Shown here one piece after another: positions 1 through 15,376 of a stretch of DNA of 64,000 nt. Numbering within the stretch: position 1 is the stretch's first letter; every line of letters begins with the position of its first letter. Both the position numbers and the translations under genes were made by a program. The stretch is from Escherichia coli (GTDB lineage Bacteria; Pseudomonadota; Gammaproteobacteria; Enterobacterales; Enterobacteriaceae): assembly GCF_044324875.1 (NCBI RefSeq), contig NZ_CP172185.1; one strand, 5' to 3'. The notes under the pieces are model-generated. The model did not search any database. It had not been told where the DNA came from and saw only the letters and a program-made list of their open reading frames with translations.

Positions 1-97
1 GGATCGCCTGCTGCTGAATAGGGGTGGGTTCACGGTAACCCTGCTCGGCAACGGCGCGCAGGATATCAGGGCTTAAACCCAAAGAATCGAAAGACAT
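1..97 (-). CDS. rhlE: ATP-dependent RNA helicase RhlE, N-terminal fragment (gene runs off window start)
   Basis: Minus-strand translation from ATG at 97 reads [32 protein letters not shown], the DEAD-box Q-motif N-terminus; divergent from cecR as in E. coli. Confidence 0.7.
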
Positions 98-325
98 AAC
101 TACTCCGAACCGCCCCGACCGTTACCGGTGTAGTTTTCAGGGAGATACTGAAAAGGAAAATGACAAAAACCACAATGTCATGAGGGAGCGGAGTGTAGCA
201 GTTTTTGTGACGCAGCGCATAAATTATCCCTGTGACTGGCGTTGCTAAAATTCTTAGCCATACTGGACAACTCTCATATGGAGTCATAATCTTAATCAAT
301 CATTTGATTAAGAATGGACTGTGCG

Positions 326-3716
<3,391 letters not shown>

Positions 3717-3724
<8 letters not shown>

Positions 3725-4850
3725 TCCGATCCTTTCCTGGCGTCGCGTGCGGGCGCTGTGCGTCAAAGAGACGCGGCAGATCGTTCGCGATCCGAGTAGC
3801 TGGCTGATTGCGGTGGTGATCCCGCTGCTACTGCTGTTTATTTTTGGTTACGGCATTAACCTCGACTCCAGCAAGCTGCGGGTCGGGATTTTACTGGAAC
3901 AGCGTAGCGAAGCGGCGCTGGATTTCACCCACACCATGACCGGTTCGCCCTACATCGACGCCACCATCAGCGATAACCGTCAGGAATTGATCGCCAAAAT
4001 GCAGGCGGGAAAAATTCGCGGTCTGGTGGTTATTCCCGTGGATTTCGCCGAACAGATGGAGCGCGCCAACGCCACCGCACCGATTCAGGTGATCACCGAC
4101 GGCAGTGAGCCGAATACCGCTAACTTTGTACAGGGGTATGTCGAAGGGATCTGGCAGATCTGGCAAATGCAGCGGGCGGAGGACAACGGGCAGACTTTTG
4201 AACCGCTTATTGATGTACAAACCCGCTACTGGTTTAACCCGGCGGCGATTAGCCAGCACTTTATTATCCCCGGTGCGGTGACCATTATCATGACGGTCAT
4301 CGGCGCGATTCTCACCTCGCTGGTGGTGGCGCGAGAATGGGAACGTGGCACCATGGAGGCTCTGCTCTCTACGGAGATTACCCGCACGGAACTGCTACTG
4401 TGTAAGCTGATCCCTTATTACTTTCTCGGGATGCTGGCGATGTTGCTGTGTATGCTGGTGTCAGTGTTTATTCTCGGCGTGCCGTATCGCGGGTCGCTGC
4501 TGATTCTGTTTTTTATCTCCAGCCTGTTTTTACTCAGTACCCTGGGGATGGGGCTGCTGATTTCCACGATTACCCGCAACCAGTTCAATGCCGCTCAGGT
4601 CGCCCTGAACGCCGCGTTCCTGCCGTCGATTATGCTTTCCGGCTTTATATTTCAGATAGACAGTATGCCCGCGGTGATCCGCGCGGTGACGTACATTATT
4701 CCCGCACGTTATTTCGTCAGCACCCTGCAAAGCCTGTTCCTCGCCGGGAATATTCCGGTGGTACTGGTGGTGAACGTGCTGTTTTTGATCGCTTCGGCGG
4801 TGATGTTTATCGGCCTGACGTGGCTGAAAACCAAACGTCGGCTGGATTAG
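3717..4850 (+). CDS. ybhS: ABC-2 family transporter permease YbhS
   Basis: Multi-TM ABC-2 permease; start at ATG 3717 (MSNPILSW...); overlaps ybhF stop. Confidence 0.9.
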
Positions 4851-4860
4851 GGAGAAGAGC

Positions 4861-5967
4861 ATGTTTCATCGCTTATGGACGTTAATCCGCAAAGAGTTGC
4901 AGTCGCTGCTGCGCGAACCGCAAACCCGCGCGATTCTTATTTTACCCGTGCTGATTCAGGTGATCCTGTTCCCGTTCGCCGCCACGCTGGAAGTGACTAA
5001 CGCCACCATCGCCATCTACGATGAAGATAACGGCGAGCATTCGGTGGAGCTGACCCAACGTTTTGCCCGCGCCAGCGCCTTTACTCATGTGCTGCTGCTG
5101 AAAAGCCCACAGGAGATCCGCCCAACCATCGACACACAAAAGGCGTTACTACTGGTGCGTTTCCCGGCTGACTTCTCGCGCAAACTGGATACCTTCCAGA
5201 CCGCGCCGTTGCAGTTGATCCTCGACGGGCGTAACTCCAACAGTGCGCAAATTGCCGCCAACTACCTGCAACAGATCGTCAAAAATTATCAGCAGGAGCT
5301 GCTGGAAGGAAAACCGAAACCTAACAACAGCGAGCTGGTGGTACGCAACTGGTATAACCCGAATCTCGACTACAAATGGTTTGTGGTGCCGTCGCTGATC
5401 GCCATGATCACCACTATCGGCGTAATGATCGTCACTTCACTTTCTGTTGCCCGCGAACGTGAACAAGGTACGCTCGATCAGTTACTGGTTTCGCCGCTCA
5501 CCACCTGGCAGATATTCATCGGCAAGGCCGTACCGGCATTAATTGTCGCCACCTTCCAGGCCACCATTGTGCTGGCGATTGGTATCTGGGCGTATCAAAT
5601 CCCCTTCGCCGGATCGCTGGCGCTGTTCTACTTTACGATGGTGATTTACGGTTTATCGCTGGTGGGATTCGGTCTGTTGATTTCATCACTCTGCTCGACA
5701 CAACAGCAGGCGTTTATCGGCGTGTTTGTTTTTATGATGCCCGCCATTCTCCTTTCCGGTTACGTTTCGCCGGTGGAAAACATGCCAGTATGGCTGCAAA
5801 ACCTGACGTGGATTAACCCTATTCGCCACTTTACGGACATTACCAAGCAGATTTATTTGAAGGATGCGAGTCTGGATATTGTGTGGAATAGTTTGTGGCC
5901 GCTACTGGTGATAACGGCCACGACAGGGTCAGCGGCGTACGCGATGTTTAGACGTAAGGTGATGTAA
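4861..5967 (+). CDS. ybhR: ABC-2 family transporter permease YbhR
   Basis: 368 aa multi-TM paralog of YbhS; last gene of operon. Confidence 0.9.
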
Positions 5968-6339
5968 CTTCTTATCTTTCGCCAGCAAAGACACTACCGC
6001 CGGGCCGGCAAGGATTGCCAGCCCTGCAATTGCCAGCAAAAAGTTGTTTTCCAGTACGCGGGACAACAGCCACAGCACAATCAGCGCTGCGCCAAAATAC
6101 CAGGTCGTGGTCAGCTCTTCCAGCACGTCTGCCACCTCACGCCAGCGTTGCTCGGGGTGGCGCTGAAACACCAGCATCATCACTACCGTGACACAATACA
6201 GTGCGCATAATCCCACGCCGACGTGAACCAGAGTCTTACTCATCCAGCCCACCACCAGCAGCGCCACTACCAGTAAATGCAACATAATCTGCCAGCAACT
6301 TAGACCCGTTGCGACACGAACACGTTGTTGCCACTTCAT
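5929..6339 (-). CDS. ybhQ: Inner membrane protein YbhQ
   Basis: 136 aa, four hydrophobic segments; conserved position between ybhR and ybhP. Confidence 0.8.
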
Positions 6340-6471
6340 GGCTTCTCTCCTGAAGAATTTATCTCTACTTACTCAGAGTACCGAACTTTACGGAAAATTC
6401 CGTAAGACCGCACCTTTTTGTGACGCCGACTACACTATTTCAATGAGATAAGAGGCAAAGACAGGAAAATT

Positions 6472-7233
6472 ATGCCCGATCAAACACAACAATTTTCGTT
6501 CAAGGTGCTCACCATCAATATTCACAAAGGCTTTACCGCGTTTAACCGACGCTTCATTTTGCCGGAACTTCGCGACGCCGTGCGTACCGTCAGCGCCGAT
6601 ATTGTTTGCCTGCAGGAAGTGATGGGCGCGCACGAAGTTCATCCGCTGCATGTGGAAAACTGGCCCGATACCTCGCACTACGAGTTTCTCGCCGACACCA
6701 TGTGGAGCGATTTCGCCTACGGTCGCAATGCCGTATACCCGGAAGGACATCACGGTAACGCCGTTCTTTCACGTTATCCCATTGAACATTATGAGAATCG
6801 TGATGTTTCGGTCGATGGTGCGGAAAAGCGCGGCGTGCTCTACTGCCGCATTGTGCCGCCGATGACCGGGAAAGCGATTCATGTGATGTGCGTACATCTG
6901 GGCCTGCGTGAGGCGCACCGTCAGGCGCAGCTTGCGATGCTCGCCGAATGGGTGAATGAGCTGCCGGACGGCGAACCGGTATTGGTGGCGGGTGATTTCA
7001 ACGACTGGCGGCAAAAAGCTAATCATCCGTTAAAAGTGCAGGCCGGGCTGGATGAGATATTTACCCGCGCCCACGGACGCCCGGCGCGCACGTTTCCGGT
7101 GCAATTTCCTCTACTACGACTGGACAGGATCTACGTCAAAAATGCCAGCGCCAGCGCGCCAACCGCGTTGCCGCTGCGGACATGGCGACACCTTTCTGAT
7201 CATGCCCCTTTAAGTGCGGAGATTCATTTATGA
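6472..7233 (+). CDS. ybhP: Endonuclease/exonuclease/phosphatase family protein YbhP
   Basis: 253 aa; EEP-fold signature residues; gene order. Confidence 0.85.
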
Positions 7234-8471
7234 AATGTAGCTGGCGCGAAGGCAATAAGATCCAGTTGCTGGAAAACGGCGAGCAATATTATCCCGCGGT
7301 GTTTAAGGCGATTGGCGAGGCGCAAGAACGTATCATTCTTGAAACGTTTATCTGGTTTGAGGATGACGTCGGCAAACAGCTGCATGCGGCGCTACTGGCA
7401 GCAGCACAACGCGGGGTTAAAGCGGAAGTCTTGCTGGATGGCTACGGTTCGCCGGATCTCAGCGATGAGTTTGTCAATGAACTGACGGCAGCTGGCGTGG
7501 TGTTCCGCTACTACGATCCCCGCCCTCGCCTTTTTGGTATGCGCACCAATGTGTTTCGCCGGATGCATCGCAAAATTGTGGTGATCGACGCGCGTATCGC
7601 CTTTATTGGCGGGCTGAATTACTCCGCCGAGCATATGTCCAGCTACGGTCCGGAGGCTAAACAGGATTACGCGGTACGCCTCGAAGGGCCGATTGTCGAA
7701 GATATTCTCCAGTTTGAGCTGGAAAACCTGCCAGGACAGAGCGCGGCACGACGCTGGTGGCGACGTCATCATAAAGCAGAAGAGAACCGCCAGCCGGGAG
7801 AAGCGCAGGTATTGCTGGTCTGGCGCGATAACGAAGAACATCGCGATGATATCGAACGCCACTATCTGAAAATGCTCACTCAGGCGCGGCGAGAAGTCAT
7901 TATCGCCAACGCCTACTTCTTCCCCGGCTATCGATTTTTACACGCCTTGCGTAAAGCGGCACGGCGCGGGGTGCGGATCAAACTGATCATTCAGGGCGAA
8001 CCGGATATGCCGATTGTCAGAGTCGGCGCGCGCTTGCTGTATAACTATCTGGTTAAAGGCGGCGTTCAGGTGTTTGAGTACCGCCGCCGTCCGCTCCACG
8101 GCAAAGTGGCATTGATGGACGATCACTGGGCGACGGTAGGGTCCAGTAATCTCGATCCGCTCAGTTTGTCACTGAATCTCGAAGCAAATGTCATCATCCA
8201 CGATCGTCATTTTAACCAGACGCTGCGTGATAATCTAAACGGCATTATCGCCGCAGATTGTCAGCAGGTCGATGAAACCATGCTGCCGAAACGCACCTGG
8301 TGGAACCTGACTAAAAGCGTGCTGGCCTTCCACTTTTTACGCCACTTCCCGGCTCTGGTGGGCTGGCTTCCGGCACACACACCACGTCTGGCGCAGGTTG
8401 ACCCGCCCGCCCAACCGACAATGGAAACGCAGGATCGGGTAGAAACTGAAAACACGGGGGTAAAACCCTGA
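7230..8471 (+). CDS. clsB: Cardiolipin synthase B (phospholipase D family)
   Basis: 413 aa with two HxK(x)4D motifs (HRKIVVID..., HGKVALMDD...); overlaps ybhP stop. Confidence 0.9.
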
Positions 8472-9427
8472 TGAGTAAATCACACCCGCGCTGGCGCTTA
8501 GCAAAGAAGATCCTCACCTGGCTGTTTTTTATCGCGGTGATTGTGTTGCTGGTGGTCTACGCCAAAAAGGTGGACTGGGAAGAGGTCTGGAAGGTCATCC
8601 GCGACTACAATCGCGTTGCGTTGCTCAGTGCGGTCGGGCTGGTGGTCGTCAGCTATCTGATTTACGGCTGCTATGACCTGCTCGCCCGCTTTTACTGCGG
8701 TCACAAACTGGCGAAGCGCCAGGTGATGCTGGTGTCGTTTATCTGCTACGCCTTCAACCTGACGCTCAGTACCTGGGTCGGCGGCATTGGTATGCGCTAT
8801 CGCTTGTACTCCCGGCTAGGGTTACCGGGCAGCACTATCACGCGGATTTTCTCGCTGAGTATTACCACCAACTGGCTGGGCTATATTTTACTGGCAGGGA
8901 TTATCTTTACCGCAGGCGTGGTGGAGTTGCCGGATCACTGGTATGTCGATCAAACTACACTGCGTATTCTCGGCATTGGCTTATTGATGATTATCGCGGT
9001 TTATTTGTGGTTTTGCGCTTTCGCGAAGCACCGCCATATGACCATCAAAGGGCAAAAACTGGTGCTGCCTTCATGGAAATTTGCCCTCGCCCAGATGCTG
9101 ATTTCCAGCGTTAACTGGATGGTAATGGGAGCAATTATCTGGCTGTTACTTGGTCAAAGCGTGAACTATTTCTTTGTACTGGGCGTGTTGCTGGTTAGTA
9201 GTATTGCCGGGGTGATTGTGCATATTCCGGCGGGGATTGGTGTGCTGGAAGCGGTATTTATCGCGCTACTGGCTGGGGAGCATACCTCCAAAGGCACAAT
9301 TATCGCCGCCCTGCTCGCTTACCGTGTGCTGTATTACTTTATCCCGCTGCTGCTGGCGCTGATCTGTTACCTGTTGCTGGAAAGCCAGGCGAAGAAGCTA
9401 CGAGCGAAAAATGAAGCGGCGATGTGA
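8471..9427 (+). CDS. ybhN: Inner membrane protein YbhN
   Basis: 318 aa polytopic membrane protein; start overlaps clsB stop. Confidence 0.85.
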   Translation: MSKSHPRWRLAKKILTWLFFIAVIVLLVVYAKKVDWEEVWKVIRDYNRVALLSAVGLVVVSYLIYGCYDLLARFYCGHKLAKRQVMLVSFICYAFNLTLSTWVGGIGMRYRLYSRLGLPGSTITRIFSLSITTNWLGYILLAGIIFTAGVVELPDHWYVDQTTLRILGIGLLMIIAVYLWFCAFAKHRHMTIKGQKLVLPSWKFALAQMLISSVNWMVMGAIIWLLLGQSVNYFFVLGVLLVSSIAGVIVHIPAGIGVLEAVFIALLAGEHTSKGTIIAALLAYRVLYYFIPLLLALICYLLLESQAKKLRAKNEAAM

Positions 9428-9462
9428 AGTTTAGTTAAGTTCTTTAGTATGTGCATTTACGA

Positions 9463-10176
9463 CTAATGAAAAAAACGCGTATGCCTTTGCCAGACAAGCG
9501 TTATCGCTATTGCTGCAAGAATCCCAAAGAAGCCGATAAAATAGTAATAGTGTGTTAATGCACCTGTAACAGCGCAACGAACCGGACTCCACAACTCTTC
9601 GCTATGGCATTTTCCTGCCAGTTCAAGGAGCTTATTTCGTCCATGCGAGATAATGCCTGACCATAAAACAATCATTAAGCAACTTATTACCCAAATGGGC
9701 CGTTCACTCATTAATGCGGCATTCACGATGATCACCAGGGCCAACCCTGTCAACGTCATCATAATGATAAAACGGTGAGAACCAGGATCAACATTAAATA
9801 ATAAACCGGCCAGCATACTGATTAAAAACATCGCGCCCGCAGTGCTGAACACAAGGATAATGGCAGATACAGGAACTAAACTTGCAACGACAATCGCCAC
9901 CAAAGAGAGTAAAAACAGATATATTACGCCTGCGATGGCGGCATTTATCTTGTTGATATCCTTACTTAAACCATACATAGAAAGTAATAATAATCCTATG
10001 GCGACATACATTTGCGGTGAATCATATTTTGTTGCCGTAATTTCGAGATGCTTAGCTCCCCAGGCCAGTCCTGCGGTTGCCACCAAACCTAAAGCGGTAA
10101 TAAGCCATACGCCGTTTAATATCCTGGCTTCGTGCTGAAAATCTAATTTATTGCTGTTTTGCGAGTATGATTCCAT
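9463..10176 (-). CDS. ybhM: Bax inhibitor-1/YccA-family membrane protein YbhM
   Basis: 237 aa, ~7 TM segments; gene order. Confidence 0.8.
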   Translation of the reverse strand: MESYSQNSNKLDFQHEARILNGVWLITALGLVATAGLAWGAKHLEITATKYDSPQMYVAIGLLLLSMYGLSKDINKINAAIAGVIYLFLLSLVAIVVASLVPVSAIILVFSTAGAMFLISMLAGLLFNVDPGSHRFIIMMTLTGLALVIIVNAALMSERPIWVISCLMIVLWSGIISHGRNKLLELAGKCHSEELWSPVRCAVTGALTHYYYFIGFFGILAAIAITLVWQRHTRFFH

Positions 10177-10333
10177 TCTTTAGTTATCCTTAGAAAAAAC
10201 ATTAATATTCACCATCAATAAATTTAAAACCACGCATACAAAATACTTTTGTATTTATGGATACGGAAAACACTTCCGCTCGGCCATAAGGCATATTTTA
10301 TACCTGATACTTGTTAAGTGTCGTTTTTAGTAA

Positions 10334-10362
10334 GAAAAAAAATCCCGACACATGGCCGGGAT
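10334..10362 (-). terminator. Rho-independent terminator downstream of ybhL
   Basis: Minus-strand hairpin atcccggccatgtgtcgggat followed by a T8 run. Confidence 0.5.
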
Positions 10363-10380
10363 ATTGATGGTGAAAAAGAA

Positions 10381-11085
10381 TTAACGGCGGTTGCCGAAGA
10401 TCCGCAACAACATCAGGAACAAGTTGATGAAGTCCAGATACAAGGTTAACGCGCCAAGAATGGAATATTTGCGCAGGTTCGACGTGTCGCGGGTATCAAT
10501 CTGCTCACCCATATTTTTCAATTTCTGAGTGTCATACGCCGTCAATCCGACAAAGACAATCACGCCGATGTAGGTAACTGCCCACATCAACGCTTCGCTT
10601 TTCAGCCAGAAGTTGACCAGCGATGCCAGCACAATGCCGATTAACGCCATAAACAGCATATTGCCAAAGCCGCTTAGATCGCGCTTCGTGGTGTAACCGT
10701 ACAGGCTCATTGCGCCGAACATCCCGGCAGTAACGACGAAAGTACTGGCGATAGAAGCAGCGGTATAGACAATGAAAATACTGGAAAGCGTAAGACCCGT
10801 CAGCGCCGAATAAAGCATAAAGAGCATCGTCGTTACACCTGCGCTCAGCTTTTGAATCATCGCTGATAACACAATAACCAATGCTAATTGCGCGATGATC
10901 AGACCGATTAAAAAGACACGGTTAGTGAACAACAGCTCCATCACGGCCGCGGAATTAGCCGCATACCAGGCAACAAATGCGGTCAGCAACAAGCCAACGG
11001 TCATCCAGCCATAGACTTGCGCCATATAAGTTTGCAAGCCAGCCCGGGGTTGTACAATTGAATCAGAACGTGGGAATCTGTCCAT
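10381..11085 (-). CDS. ybhL: Bax inhibitor-1 family inner membrane protein YbhL
   Basis: ORF 10381..11166; start taken at ATG 11085 (MDRFPRSDSIV...); 7-TM BI-1 family. Confidence 0.8.
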   Translation of the reverse strand: MDRFPRSDSIVQPRAGLQTYMAQVYGWMTVGLLLTAFVAWYAANSAAVMELLFTNRVFLIGLIIAQLALVIVLSAMIQKLSAGVTTMLFMLYSALTGLTLSSIFIVYTAASIASTFVVTAGMFGAMSLYGYTTKRDLSGFGNMLFMALIGIVLASLVNFWLKSEALMWAVTYIGVIVFVGLTAYDTQKLKNMGEQIDTRDTSNLRKYSILGALTLYLDFINLFLMLLRIFGNRR

Positions 11086-11221
11086 GACGATCTCCTGAAG
11101 ATATAAGGAATATCTTAAGGATACTGCAAAATGATGAGGCTGTGCATCGACGCAGCGTAAACGCATGTACTGAGCGGTGAAATTGCCGGACGCAGCGGTG
11201 CCTTATCCGGCTAACAAAAAA

Positions 11222-11674
11222 CTACCAGCGTTTTGCCGCCTGCTGATCGCTCTCCCGAGCTTCGACCCAGCGGTCGCCTTCCGGCGTGGCTTCGCGCTTC
11301 CAGAACGGTGCGCGGGTTTTGAGATAATCCATAATAAACTGCCCGGCTTCAAACGCACTGCTGCGATGCGCACTGGTGACACCGACAAAAACGATTTCAT
11401 CGCCCGGCCATAATTCCCCGATGCGGTGAATCACCGTGACGCGCCCCAGCAGCCAGCGGTTACGCGCTTCATCGACAATTTCTGCCAGTGCTTTTTCAGT
11501 CATCCCCGGATAGTGTTCGAGGGTTAATGCTTTGACGCTGTCGCCAAGGTTATGGTTGCGCACCTTACCGGTAAAGGTGACTACCGCACCGTCTTCATCA
11601 CGCTCCGCCAGCCACGGATACTCTTCTCCTACGCTGAATGGCTGCGGGCCGACAACAATTTTGGTTTCTGCCAT
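11222..11674 (-). CDS. moaE: Molybdopterin synthase catalytic subunit MoaE
   Basis: 150 aa; end of the moaABCDE operon. Confidence 0.9.
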   Translation of the reverse strand: MAETKIVVGPQPFSVGEEYPWLAERDEDGAVVTFTGKVRNHNLGDSVKALTLEHYPGMTEKALAEIVDEARNRWLLGRVTVIHRIGELWPGDEIVFVGVTSAHRSSAFEAGQFIMDYLKTRAPFWKREATPEGDRWVEARESDQQAAKRW

Positions 11675-11675
11675 C

Positions 11676-11921
11676 TTAACCTCCGGTTACCGGCGGGAAG
11701 AAAGCTACTTCGTCGCCGTCAGTCAGCGGATGGTCAAAACTCACCAGCGTCTGGTTGACGGCAGCCAGCAATTTGCCATCTTCCAGCGCCAGCGCCCAGC
11801 GATCGCTCTGCGCAGCCAGGTGCTGGCGTAACGCTTCAACGGTTGGGAAATCCGCAGCTACTTCGGTTGCATCTGTTCCCACCAACTCGCGCACCTGGGC
11901 GAAAAAAAGAACTTTAATCAT
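11676..11921 (-). CDS. moaD: Molybdopterin synthase sulfur-carrier subunit MoaD
   Basis: 81 aa from ATG 11921 (MIKVLFFAQ...), ending in the GG carrier motif (..PPVTGG). Confidence 0.9.
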
Positions 11922-12399
11922 CCGCTTCCACCTTAAAGTCACCCGACTTGCCGCCGCTCTTCGCCAGCAAACGTACCGGACCAATCACCATATCTTTTTG
12001 CACCGCTTTGCACATGTCATAAATGGTCAGCGCCGCCACGGAGGCCGCGGTTAATGCTTCCATTTCGACACCGGTTTTCCCGGTCAGGCGGCATAAGGTT
12101 TCTATACGTACCCGATTGTGCTCCGGCTCGGCCTGTAAATTGACTTCAACTTTGCTGAGCATCAGCGGGTGACAGAGCGGGATCAGATCCCAGGTGCGTT
12201 TTGCCGCCTGAATACCGGCAATACGCGCAGTGGCAAATACGTCGCCTTTGTGGTGGCGACCATCAATAATCATCGCCAGCGTCTCGCTGCGCATGGTGAC
12301 AAAGGCTTCGGCGCGCGCTTCACGCACGGTTTCCGCTTTGGCGGAGACATCCACCATGTGCGCTTCGCCAGCGGCGTTGATATGGGTCAGTTGCGACAT
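11914..12399 (-). CDS. moaC: Cyclic pyranopterin monophosphate synthase MoaC
   Basis: 161 aa; position in operon. Confidence 0.9.
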
Positions 12400-12401
12400 A
12401 C

Positions 12402-12914
12402 TTATTTCTTCAAATGTGGATGGAAATTACACGGACGCGTACGGGCATCCAGCTGCGGCGCGATGATATTTTCCCATGCGGTACGGCACGCTTTGGTCGA
12501 ACCCGGCATGGCGAAAATCAGCGTTTTGTTAGCGACGCCCGCTACCGCACGAGATTGCAACGTTGAGGTGCCAATCTCTTCGAACGACAACATCCGGAAC
12601 ACTTCACCAAAACCTTCAACCTCACGGTCGAACAACGGCAGCAGCGCTTCGGGAGCCTGATCACCTTCCGTCAGGCCAGTACCCCCCGTAATCAATACCA
12701 CTTGTACATCGTCGCTGGCGATCCACGCAGATACCTGAGCGCGAATAGCGTAGCGGTTTTCTTTCACAATGGCTTTATCGACAACGTGATGACCCGCTTC
12801 TTGCGCCGAATCGCGCAGATAGTGACCGGAGGTATCGTCTTCTTCACCGCGACGATTAGAAACCGTAAGAATAGCAATACGGGTCGGGATAAATTCAGTG
12901 CTTACCTGACTCAT
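12402..12914 (-). CDS. moaB: Molybdenum cofactor biosynthesis protein MoaB
   Basis: 170 aa MogA/MoaB-fold protein; position in operon. Confidence 0.9.
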
Positions 12915-12935
12915 CTGATCTCTCCTTTTGACGTT

Positions 12936-13925
12936 TTAGCCGCCAATGTACGATAAGTTTTGCGTAATACCGGTGTTATTTTGATGCAGGAAATGGGTCT
13001 GTTTCTTCTCCCGCAGCGCCGCTGAAATACGCGCTTCCAGCGCCTGTTGCTGGGTATCGTCTTCCAGCAGATCGCGCAGGTTAACGCCGCCCTCACCAAA
13101 CAGGCAGAGATGGAGTTTACCAATGGAGGAAACGCGCAGGCGGTTGCAAGTGGCGCAGAAGTCTTTTTCATACGGCATGATAAGGCCAATCTCTCCGGCA
13201 TAATCTGGATGGCAAAAGACTTGCGCGGGACCGTCGCTGCGTTGACGTAATTGGTGGATCCAGCCGCGACGCAGTAGCTCGTCACGCAGAACCTGACCAG
13301 AGATGTGATGCTTACGGAAGAGCTCGCTGCCCTCGCCCGTTTCCATCAGTTCGATGAAACGCAGCTGGATGGGACGATGCTGTATCCAGTTCAGAAAGGT
13401 GTCGAGCTGATGATGATTAACATCACGCATCAGCACGGTATTGACTTTGACCTTCTCAAAACCGGCCTCAAATGCAGCATCGATCCCTGCCATGACCTGG
13501 TTGAATTTATCCTGCCCGGTAATAGCGTGAAACTGGCGGGCGTCCAGACTATCAACGCTGACGTTGATGCCAGTAAGTCCAGCATCGCGCCAGTTCGCCA
13601 CATCGCGTTCCAGACGGTAACCATTGGTGGTGACCGCAATCTGGCGGATAGCGTCGTTTTCTCGCACAGCGGCGATGATATCGGTAAAGTCGCGGCGTAA
13701 AGACGGCTCACCACCTGTCAGACGGACTTTTTCGGTGCCCAGACTGGCGAAGGCGCGTGTAACCCGGCGAATTTCATCGACGGTAAGAAAGCCTTTATTG
13801 GTGACGCCGCTCGGTTTGTAGCCATCCGGCAGGCAGTAGGTGCAACGAAAGTTACACACATCGGTAATCGACAGGCGCAAGTAGTAAAACTTACGCGCAA
13901 ATGCATCAGTCAGTTGTGAAGCCAT
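12936..13925 (-). CDS. moaA: GTP 3',8-cyclase MoaA (radical SAM)
   Basis: Start ATG 13925 (MASQLTDAF...); CxxxCxxC radical-SAM motif (CNFRCTYC) and C-terminal second cluster. Confidence 0.9.
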
Positions 13926-13929
13926 GTAC

Positions 13930-14090
13930 ACCTTTCCAGATACGGGAGGCGAAGTCATTTCTTCCTTCGCCCTGGTGGCAATCTTTACGAGCATTGTCAC
14001 GGCCAAAGCACCGTATCAGTTGACCCAGGTGCAGAGGCTAGAGTGTTTAGTGGTTAAGCCGATACTAGCGCGTAAATGAGATTTTTACCA
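13930..14090 (-). ncRNA. Probable Moco riboswitch in the moaA 5' leader
   Basis: About 160 nt untranslated leader directly upstream of moaA; the E. coli moaA leader is known to carry the Moco RNA motif. Boundaries approximate; fold not verified here. Confidence 0.4.
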
Positions 14091-14261
14091 TCCACACTTT
14101 CGCTATGTAATCATGTATATAGCGTCATAATCGTGCTATTTCGCTACAGAATAAGGGAAAATGGCGGTTTTACTTTGATATACATCATCAGAGAGGCATA
14201 GCGTGCATCGTCCTTTAGAGGTAGAAGAAAATAGTTTGTATCCTCAATATTGGCAGGTTAA

Positions 14262-15230
<969 letters not shown>

Positions 15231-15376
15231 TGTGGCCGAGATTGCTGACCAGGCTTCTGGTGCAATGCGACCTGTTCCCCTCACCCTCTCCCCGGAGGGA
15301 CGAGGGGACCGTTCGAGCACTTTTTTGACTTGATCGTTAATCTGAACCGGAAGAACATTCCGGCTTTTTCATCTTG

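Noticed and set aside
11532-12660. Several plus-strand ORFs antisense to moaE/moaD/moaC/moaB (e.g. 12169..12660, 11755..12054)
   Set aside because: Shadow ORFs opposite well-supported conserved genes.
15235-15376. GC-rich imperfect palindrome between convergent ybhK and uvrB, considered as a REP element
   Set aside because: Does not match the REP consensus well enough by eye; more simply a bidirectional terminator hairpin.
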